A stretch of DNA of 64,000 nucleotides, from the NCBI GenBank assembly GCA_964016885.1, contig OZ024740.1, forward strand, positions 33,852,001-33,916,000, in the 5' to 3' direction. A program made the translations under genes and the position numbers. The notes below the pieces were generated by a model, which ran no database searches, had not been told where the DNA came from, and saw nothing but the letters and a program-made list of their open reading frames with translations. Shown piece by piece: positions 53,801 to 64,000 of this stretch (its first letter is position 1; the number at the start of each line of letters is the position of its first letter). Origin of the DNA: Eledone cirrhosa. Its lineage: Eukaryota.

Positions 53801-56800
53801 ACCATCAACCATCTTTACTGCTATCTTCCAACTGTCTCTTACCATCAACCATCTTTACTGCTACCTTCCAACTCTCTCTTACCATCAACCATCTTTACTG
53901 CTATCTTCTAACTCTCTCTTACCATCAACCATCTTTACTGCTATCTTCCAACTCTCTCTTACCATCAACCATCTTTACTGCTATCTTCCAACTGTCTCTT
54001 ACCATCAACCATCTTTACTGCTATCTTCCAACTGTCTCTTACCATCAACCATCTTTACTGCTATCTTCCAACTCTCTCTTACCATCAACCATCTTTACTG
54101 CTATCTTCCAACTGTCTCTAACCATCAACCATCTTTACTGCTATCTTCCAACTCTCTCTTACCATCAACCATCTTTACTGCTATCTTCCAACGCTCTCTT
54201 ACCATCAACCATCTTTACTGCTATCTTCCAACTCTCTCTTACCAATAACCATCTTTACTGCTATCTTCTAACTCTCTCTTACCATCAACCATCTTTACTG
54301 CTATCTTCCAACTCTCTCTTACCAATAACCATCTTTACTGCCATCTTCCAACTCTCTCTTACCATCAACCATCTTTTCTGCTATCTTCCAACTCTCTCTC
54401 TTACCATCAAACCTCTTTACTGCTATCTTCCAACTCTCTCTTACCATCAACCATCTTTACTGCTATCTTCTAACTCTCTCTTACCATCAACCATCTTTAC
54501 TGCTATCTTCCAACTCTCTCTCTTACCATCAACCATCTTTACTGCTATCTTCTAACTCTCTCTTACCATCAACCATCTTTACTGCTACCTTCCAACTCTC
54601 TCTTACCATCAACCATCTTTACTGCTACCTTCCAACTCTCTCTTACCATCAACCATCTTTAATGCTATCTTCTAACTCTCTCTTACCATCAACCATCTTT
54701 ACTGCTATCTTCCAACTCTCTCTTACCAATAACCATCTTTACTGCTATCTTCCAACTGTCTCTTACCATCAACCATCTTTACTGCTATCTTCTAACTCTC
54801 TCTTACCAATAACCATCTTTACTGCTATCTTCCAACTCTCTCTTACCATCAACCATCTTTACTGCTATCTTCCAACTCTCTCTTACCAATAACCATCTTT
54901 ACTGCTATCTTCCAACTCTCTCTTACCATCAACCATCTTTACTGCTATCTTCCAACTCTCTCTTACCATCAACCATCTTTACTGCTATCTTCCAACTCTC
55001 TCTTACCATCAACTATCTTTACTGCTATCTTCCAACTCTCTCTTACCATCAACCATCTTTACTGCTACCTTCCAACTCTCTCTTACCATCAACCATCTTT
55101 ACTGCTATCTTCCAACTCTCTCTTACCATCAACCATCTTTACTGCTATCTTCCAACTCTCTCTTACCATCAACCATCTTTACTGCTATCTTCCAACTCTC
55201 TCTTACCATCAACCATCTTTACTGCTAACTTCCAACTCTCTCTTACCAATAACCATCTTTACTGCTATCTTCTAACTCTCTCTTACCATCAACCATCTTT
55301 ACTGCTATCTTCCAACTCTCTCTTACCATCAACCATCTTTACTGCTATCTTCTAACTCTCTCTTACCATCAACCATCTTTACTGCTACCTTCCAACTCTC
55401 TCTTACCATCAACCATCTTTACTGCTATCTTCCAACTCTCTCTTACCATCAACCATCTTTACTGCTATCTTCCAACTCTCTCTTACCATCAACCATCTTT
55501 ACTGCTATCTTCCGACTCTCTCTTACCATCAACCATCTTTACTGCTATCTTCCAACTCTCTCTTACCATCAACCATCTTTACTGCTATCTTCCAACTCTC
55601 TCTTACCATCAACCATCTTTACTGCTATCTTCCAACTCTCTCTTACCATCAACCATCTTTACTGTTATCTTCTAACTCTCTCTTACCATCAACCATCTTT
55701 ACTGCTATCTTCTAACTCTCTCTTATCCTTCAAACATCTTTACTGCTATCTTCCAACTCTCTCTTACCAATAACCGTCTTTACTGCTATCTTCTAACTCT
55801 CCCTTACCATCAACCATCTTTACTGCTATCTTCCAACTCTCTCTTACCAATAACCATCTTTACTGCCATCTTCCAACTCTCTCTTACCATCAACCATCTT
55901 TACTGCTATCTTCCAACTCTCTCTTACCATCAACTATCTTTACTGCTATCTTCCAACTCTCTCTTACCATCAACCATCTTTACTGCTAACTTCCAACTCT
56001 CTCTTACCAATAACCATCTTTACTGCTATCTTCTAACTCTCTCTTACCATCAACCATCTTTACTGCTATCTTCCAACTCTCTCTTACCATCAACCATCTT
56101 TACTGTTATCTTCTAACTCTCTCTTACCATCAACCATCTTTACTGCTATCTTCCAACTCTCTCTTACCATCAACCATCTTTACTGCTATCTTCTAACTCT
56201 CTCTTACCATCAACCATCTTTACTGCTATCTTCCAACTCTCTCTCTTACCATCAACCATCTTTACTGCTATCTTCTAACTCTCTCTTACCATCAACCATC
56301 TTTACTGCTACCTTCCAACTCTCTCTTACCATCAACCATCTTTACTGCTATCTTCCAACTCTCTCTTACCAATAACCATCTTTACTGCTATCTTCCAACT
56401 CTCTCTTACCATCAACCATCTTTACTGCTATCTTCCAACTCTCTCTTACCATCAACCATCTTTACTGTTATCTTCTAACTCTCTCTTACCATCAACCATC
56501 TTTACTGCTATCTTCTAACTCTCTCTTATCCTTCAAACATCTTTACTGCTATCTTCCAACTCTCTCTCTTACCATCAACCATCTTTACTGCTATCTTCCA
56601 ACTGTCTCTTACCATCAACCATCTTTACTGCTACCTTCCAACTCTCTCTTACCATCAACCATCTTTACTGCTATCTTCCAACACTCTCTTACCATCAACC
56701 ATCTTTACTGCTATCTTCCAACTCTCTCTTACCATCAACCATCTTTACTGCTATCTTCCAACTGTCTCTTACCATCAACCATCTTTACTGCTATCTTCCA

Positions 56801-59800
56801 ACTCTCTCTTACCATCAACCATCTTTACTGCTATCTTCCAACTCTCTCTTACCATCAACCATCTTTACTGCTATCTTCCAACTGTCTCTAACCATCAACC
56901 ATCTTTACTGCTATCTTCCAACTCTCTCTTATCATCAACCATCTTTACTGCTATCTTCCAACTCTCTCTTACCATCAACGATCTTTACTGCTATCTTCCA
57001 ACTCTCTCTTACCAATAACCATCTTTACTGCTACCTTCCAACTCTCTCTTACCATCAACCATCTTTACTGCTATCTTCCAACTCTCTCTTACCATCAACC
57101 ATCTTTACTGCTATCTTCCAACTCTCTCTTACCATCAACCATCTTTACTGCTATCTTCCAACTCTCTCTTACCAATAACCATCTTTACTGCTATCTTCTA
57201 ACTCTCTCTTACCATCAACCATCTTTACTGCTATCTTCCAACTCTCTCTTACCATCAACCATCTTTACTGCTACCTCCAACTCTCTCTTACCATCAACCA
57301 TCTTTACTGCTATCTTCCAACTCTCTCTTACCATCAACCATCTTTACTGCTACCTTCCAACTCTCTCTTACCATCAACCATCTTTACTGCTATCTTCCAA
57401 CTCTCTCTTACCATCAACCATCTTTACTGCTACCTTCCAACTCTCTCTTACCATCAACCATCTTTACTGCTATCTTCCAACTCTCTCTCTTACCATCAAC
57501 CATCTTTACTGCTATCTTCCAACTCTCTCTTACCAATAACCATCTTTACTGCTATCTTCTAACTCTCTCTTACCATCAACCATCTTTACTGCTATCTTCC
57601 AACTCTCTCTTACCAATAACCATCTTTACTGCCATCTTCCAACTCTCTCTTACCATCAACCATCTTTACTGCTATCTTCCAACTCTCTCTTACCGTCAAC
57701 CATCTTTACTGCTATCTTCCAACTCTCTCTTACCAATAACCATCTTTACTGCTATCTTCTAACTCTCTCTTACCATCAACCATCTTTACTGCTATCTTCC
57801 AACTCTCTCTTACCAATAACCATCTTTACCGCCATCTTCCAACTCTCTCTTACCATCAACCATCTTTTCTGCTATCTTCCAACTCTCGCTCTTACCATCA
57901 ACCATCTTTACTGCTATCTTCCAACTCTCTCTTACCATCAACCATCTTTACTGCTATCTTCCAACTCTCTCTCTTACCATCAACCATCTTTACTGCTATC
58001 TTCCAACTCTCTCTTACCATCAACCATCTTTACTGCTATCTTCCAACTCTCTCTTACCGTCAACCATCTTTACTGCCATCTTCCAACTCTCTCTTACCAA
58101 TAACCATCTTTACTGCTATCCTCTAACTCTCTCTTACCATCAACCATCTTTACTGCTATCTTCCAACTCTCTCTTACCATCAACCATCTTTACTGCTATC
58201 TTCCAACTCTCTCTCTTACCATCAACCATCTTTACTGCTATCTTCCAACTCTCTCTTACCGTCAACCATCTTTACTGCTATCTTCCAACTCTCTCTTACC
58301 AATAACCATCTTTACTGCTATCCTCTAACTCTCTCTTACCATCAACCATCTTTACTGCTATCTTCCAACTCTCTCTTACCGTCAACCATCTTTACTGCTA
58401 TCTTCCAACTCTCTCTTACCAATAACCATCTTTACTGCTATCTTCTAACTCTCTCTTACCATCAACCATCTTTACTGCTATCTTCCAACTCTCTCTTACC
58501 AATAACCATCTTTACTGCCATCTTCCAACTCTCTCTTACCATCAACCATCTTTACTGCTATCTTCCAACTCTCTCTTACCGTCAACCATCTTTACTGCTA
58601 TCTTCCAACTCTCTCTTACCAATAACCATCTTTACTGCTATCTTCTAACTCTCTCTTACCATCAACCATCTTTACTGCTATCTTCCAACTCTCTCTTACC
58701 AATAACCATCTTTACCGCCATCTTCCAACTCTCTCTTACCATCAACCATCTTTTCTGCTATCTTCTAACTCTCTCTTACCAATAACCATCTTTACTGCTA
58801 TCTTCTAACTCTCTCTTACCATCAACCATCTTTACTGCTATCTTCCAACTCTCTCTTACCAATAACCATCTTTACTGCCATCTTCCAACTCTCTCTTACC
58901 ATCAACCATCTTTTCTGCTATCTTCCAACTCTCTCTTACCATCAACCATCTTTACTGCTATTTTCCAACTCTCTCTTACCAATAACCATCTTTACTGCTA
59001 TCTTCCAACTCTCTCTTACCATCAACCATCTTTACTGCTATCTTCCAACTCTCTCTTACCATCAACCATCTTTACTGCTATCTTCCAACTCTCTCTTACC
59101 ATCAAACATCTTTACTGCTATCTTCTAACTCTCTCTTACCAATAACCATCTTTACTGCTATCTTCTAACTCTCTCTTACCAATAACCATCTTTACTGCTA
59201 TCTTCCAACTCTCTCTTACCATCAACCATCTTTACTGCTATATTCCAACTCTCTCTTACCATCAACCATCTTTACTGCTATCTTCCAACTCTCTCTTACC
59301 ATCAACCATCTTTACTGCTAACTTCCAACTCTCTCTTACCATCAACCATCTTTACTGCTACCTTCCAACTCTCTCTTACCATCAAACATCTTTACTGCTA
59401 TCTTCTAACTCTCTCTTACCAATAACCATCTTTATTGCTATCTTCTAACTCTCTCTTACCAATAACCATCTTTATTGCTATCTTCTAACTCTCTCTTACC
59501 AATAACCATCTTTACTGCTATCTTCCAACTCTCTCTTACCATCAACCATCTTTACTGCTATCTTCCAACTCTCTCTTACCATCAAACATCTTTTCTGCTA
59601 TCTTCCAACTCTCTCTTACCATCAACCATCTTTACTGCCATCTTCCAACTCTCTCTTACCATCAACCATCTTTTCTGCTATCTTCCAACTCTTTCTCTTA
59701 CCATCAACCATCTTTACTGCTATCTTCCAACTCTCTCTTACCATCAACCATCTTTACTGCTATCTTCTAACTCTCTCTTACCAATAACCATCTTTACTGC

Positions 59801-60674
59801 CATCTTCCAACTCTCTCTTACCATCAACCATCTTTTCTGCTATCTTCCAACTCTCTCTTACCATCAACCATCTTTACTGCCATCTTCCAACTCTCTCTTA
59901 CCATCAACCATCTTTTCTGCTATCTTCCAACTCTCTCTCTTACCATCAACCATCTTTACTGCTATCTTCCAACTCTCTCTTACCATCAACCATCTTTACT
60001 GCTATCTTCTAACTCTCTCTTACCATCAACCATCTTTACTGCTATCTTCCAACTCTCTCTCTTACCATCAACCATCTTTACTGCTATCTTCCAACTCTCT
60101 CTTACCATCAACCATCTTTTCTGCTATCTTCCAACTCTCTCTCTTACCATCAACCATCTTTACTGCTATCTTCCAACTCTCTCTTACCATCAACCATCTT
60201 TACTGCTATCTTCTAACTCTCTCTTACCATCAACCATCTTTACTGCTATCTTCCAACTCTCTCTCTTACCATCAACCATCTTTACTGCTATCTTCTAACT
60301 CTCTCTTACCATCAACCATCTTTACTGCTACCTTCCAACTCTCTCTTACCATCAACCATCTTTTCTGCTATCTTCTAACTCTCTCTTACCATCAACCATC
60401 TTTACTGCTATTTTCCAACTCTCTCTTACCATCAACCATCTTTACTGCTATTTTCCAACTCTCTCTTACCAATAACCATCTTTACTGCTATCTTCCAACT
60501 CTCTCTTACCATCAACCATCTTTACTGCTATCTTCCAACTCTCTCTTACCATCAACCATCTTTACTGCTATCTTCCAACTCTCTCTTACCATCAAACATC
60601 TTTACTGCTATCTTCTAACTCTCTCTTACCAATAACCATCTTTACTGCTATCTTCTAACTCTCTCTTACCAATA
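44836..60674 (+). repeat. Super-repeat copy C (15,839 bp, full length)
   Basis: The offset from copy A is constant at 29,071 (17663/46734, 27609/56680, 30404/59475), and 43636 recurs at 59475 (+15,839). Confidence 0.92.
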
Positions 60675-63600
60675 ACCATCTTTACTGCTATCTTCCAACT
60701 CTCTCTTACCATCAACCATCTTTACTGCTATATTCCAACTCTCTCTTACCATCAACCATCTTTACTGCTATCTTCCAACTCTCTCTTACCATCAACCATC
60801 TTTACTGCTAACTTCCAACTCTCTCTTACCATCAACCATCTTTACTGCTACCTTCCAACTCTCTCTTACCATCAAACATCTTTACTGCTATCTTCTAACT
60901 CTCTCTTACCAATAACCATCTTTATTGCTATCTTCTAACTCTCTCTTACCAATAACCATCTTTATTGCTATCTTCTAACTCTCTCTTACCAATAACCATC
61001 TTTACTGCTATCTTCCAACTCTCTCTTACCATCAACCATCTTTACTGCTATCTTCCAACTCTCTCTTACCATCAAACATCTTTACTGCTATCTTCTAACT
61101 CTCTCTTACCATCAAACATCTTTACTGCTATCTTCCAACTCTCTCTTACCAATAACCATCTTTACTGCTATCTTCCAACTCTCTCTTACCATCAACCATC
61201 TTTACTGATATCTTCCAACTCTCTCTTACCATCAACCATCTTTACTGCTATCTTCCAACTCTCTCTTACCATCAAACATCTTTACTGCTATCTTCCAACT
61301 CTCTCTTACCATCAACCATCTTTACTGCTATCTTCTAACTCTCTCTTACCAATAACCATCTTTACTGCCATCTTCCAACTCTCTCTTACCATCAACCATC
61401 TTTTCTGCTATCTTCCAACTCTCTCTTACCATCAACCATCTTTACTGCCATCTTCCAACTCTCTCTTACCATCAACCATCTTTTCTGCTATCTTCCAACT
61501 CTCTCTCTTACCATCAACCATCTTTACTGCTATCTTCCAACTCTCTCTTACCATCAACCATCTTTACTGCTATCTTCTAACTCTCTCTTACCATCAACCA
61601 TCTTTACTGCTATCTTCCAACTCTCTCTCTTACCATCAACCATCTTTACTGCTATCTTCCAACTCTCTCTTACCGTCAACCATCTTTACTGCTATCTTCC
61701 AACTCTCTCTTACCAATAACCATCTTTACTGCTATCTTCTAACTCTCTCTTACCATCAACCATCTTTACTGCTATCTTCCAACTCTCTCTTACCAATAAC
61801 CATCTTTACTGCCATCTTCCAACTCTCTCTTACCATCAACCATCTTTTCTGCTATCTTCCAACTCTCTCTCTTACCATCAACCATCTTTACTGCTATCTT
61901 CCAACTCTCTCTTACCATCAACCATCTTTACTGCTATCTTCTAACTCTCTCTTACCATCAACCATCTTTACTGCTATTTTCCAACTCTCTCTTACCATCA
62001 ACCATCTTTACTGCTATTTTCCAACTCTCTCTTACCAATAACCATCTTTACTGCTATCTTCCAACTCTCTCTTACCATCAACCATCTTTACTGCTATCTT
62101 CCAACTCTCTCTTACCATCAACCATCTTTACTGTTATCTTCTAACTCTCTCTTACCATCAACCATCTTTACTGCTATCTTCCAACTCTCTCTTACCATCA
62201 ACCATCTTTACTGCTATCTTCTAACTCTCTCTTACCATCAACCATCTTTACTGCTATCTTCCAACTCTCTCTCTTACCATCAACCATCTTTACTGCTATC
62301 TTCTAACTCTCTCTTACCATCAACCATCTTTACTGCTACCTTCCAACTCTCTCTTACCATCAACCATCTTTACTGCTATCTTCCAACTCTCTCTTACCAA
62401 TAACCATCTTTACTGCTATCTTCCAACTCTCTCTTACCATCAACCATCTTTACTGCTATCTTCCAACTCTCTCTTACCATCAACCATCTTTACTGTTATC
62501 TTCTAACTCTCTCTTACCATCAACCATCTTTACTGCTATCTTCTAACTCTCTCTTATCCTTCAAACATCTTTACTGCTATCTTCCAACTCTCTCTCTTAC
62601 CATCAACCATCTTTACTGCTATCTTCCAACTGTCTCTTACCATCAACCATCTTTACTGCTACCTTCCAACTCTCTCTTACCATCAACCATCTTTACTGCT
62701 ATCTTCCAACACTCTCTTACCATCAACCATCTTTACTGCTATCTTCCAACTCTCTCTTACCATCAACCATCTTTACTGCTATCTTCCAACTGTCTCTTAC
62801 CATCAACCATCTTTACTGCTATCTTCCAACTCTCTCTTACCATCAACCATCTTTACTGCTATCTTCCAACTCTCTCTTACCATCAACCATCTTTACTGCT
62901 ATCTTCCAACTGTCTCTAACCATCAACCATCTTTACTGCTATCTTCCAACTCTCTCTTATCATCAACCATCTTTACTGCTATCTTCCAACTCTCTCTTAC
63001 CATCAACCATCTTTACTGCTATCTTCCAACTCTCTCTTACCAATAACCATCTTTACTGCTACCTTCCAACTCTCTCTTACCATCAACCATCTTTACTGCT
63101 ATCTTCCAACTCTCTCTTACCGTCAACCATCTTTACTGCTATCTTCCAACTCTCTCTTACCAATAACCATCTTTACTGCTATCTTCTAACTCTCTCTTAC
63201 CATCAACCATCTTTACTGCTATCTTCCAACTCTCTCTTACCAATAACCATCTTTACTGCCATCTTCCAACTCTCTCTTACCATCAACCATCTTTTCTGCT
63301 ATCTTCCAACTCTCTCTCTTACCATCAACCCTCTTTACTGCTATCTTCCAACTCTCTCTTACCATCAACCATCTTTACTGCTATCTTCTAACTCTCTCTT
63401 ACCATCAACCATCTTTACTGCTACCTTCCAACTCTCTCTTACCATCAACCATCTTTACTGCTATCTTCCAACTCTCTCTTACCAATAACCATCTTTACTG
63501 CTATCTTCCAACTCTCTCTTACCATCAACCATCTTTACTGCTATTTTCCAACTCTCTCTTACCATCAACCATCTTTACTGCTATCTTCCAACTCTCTCTT

Positions 63601-64000
63601 ACCATCAACTATCTTTACTGCTATCTTCCAACTCTCTCTTACCATCAACCATCTTTACTGCTACCTTCCAAGTCTCTCTTACCATCAACCATCTTTACTG
63701 CTATCTTCCAACTCTCTCTTACCATCAACCATCTTTACTGCTATCTTCCAACTCTCTCTTACCATCAACTATCTTTACTGCTATCTTCCAACTCTCTCTT
63801 ACCATCAACCATCTTTACTGCTAACTTCCAACTCTCTCTTACCAATAACCATCTTTACTGCTATCTTCCAACTCTCTCTTACCATCAACCATCTTTACTG
63901 CTATCTTCCAACTCTCTCTTACCATCAACCATCTTTACTGCTATCTTCCGACTCTCTCTTACCATCAACCATCTTTACTGCTATCTTCCAACTCTCTCTT
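60675..64000 (+). repeat. Rearranged, partial fourth pass of the super-repeat
   Basis: A 1,490-bp offset re-copy (TATATTCC near 59240/60730; 59475/60965) is followed by about 62,100-64,000 matching about 50,310-52,210 at +11,788 (AACAC 50920/62708; AAGTC 51884/63672). Confidence 0.82.

Larger units (their letters stand above)
1..64000 (+). repeat. Satellite DNA array of a 40-bp monomer (CATCAACCATCTTTACTGCTATCTTCCAACTCTCTCTTAC), about 1,600 head-to-tail copies, running off both window ends
   Basis: The 40-bp period is visible on every line. Monomers mostly differ from consensus by 0-3 changes. Length variants are 33, 39, 41 and 42 bp. No non-repeat sequence was seen. Confidence 0.99.

Noticed and set aside
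7215-54892. Ten identical 76-aa ORFs (MLSSNSLLPSTIF...)
   Set aside because: The ATG comes from a single C>A monomer variant (TTTAATGC) in a stop-free repeat. The peptide is just the translated satellite, with no promoter, RBS or domain. They are useful only as position markers.
30404-62041. 386-aa (three copies) and 358-aa ORFs resembling Leu/Ser-rich or membrane repeat proteins
   Set aside because: They start at a TTG made by a variant (TTTATTGC). The 40-bp period and 2-bp indels are not codon-preserving. Long open frames are expected when the consensus has no stops.
1-64000. CRISPR array
   Set aside because: The repeats are directly head-to-tail with no unique spacers, leader or cas genes.
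1-64000. Coding repeat on the - strand
   Set aside because: Each monomer has TAA, TAG, TAA and TGA on the - strand, and the 40-bp period rotates them through all frames.
1-64000. Canonical telomerase repeat or strong G-quadruplex array
   Set aside because: There is no TTAGGG-like unit and no GGG run (only GG). 40 bp exceeds the telomerase repeat lengths I know, and multi-kb duplicated variant patterns indicate recombination rather than templated addition.
1-64000. Variant pattern as an information-bearing code or diversity-generating cassette system
   Set aside because: The variant order is explained by nested in-phase duplications and deletions. There is no recombinase, reverse transcriptase or expression locus in the window.
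1-64000. Pure sequencing artefact (rolling-circle concatemer)
   Set aside because: Variants recur in ordered, hierarchical blocks at exact offsets, unlike random error on a single template. The copy number of the largest units could still be misassembled.

Overview
The whole 64 kb window is one uninterrupted, single-orientation tandem array of about 1,600 copies of a 40-bp monomer, CATCAACCATCTTTACTGCTATCTTCCAACTCTCTCTTAC (15 C, 15 T, 9 A, 1 G). I saw no unique sequence, transposon insertion, inversion, RNA gene, CRISPR spacer or credible protein-coding gene. The listed ORFs arise because the + strand consensus has no stop codon in any frame. Rare monomer variants act as barcodes and reveal nested higher-order repeats: 73, 82 and 240 bp local units, 2.4-2.7 kb and 5.76 kb modules, a 10.4 kb duplication, and a 15,839 bp super-unit present three times, the middle copy lacking 2,607 bp. 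The pattern fits a recently amplified eukaryotic-type satellite (centromeric, subtelomeric or intronic). Neither the organism nor the function can be determined from this window, and I do not recognise the monomer as a named family. All alignments were done by eye from marker variants, so boundaries are approximate to about one monomer.
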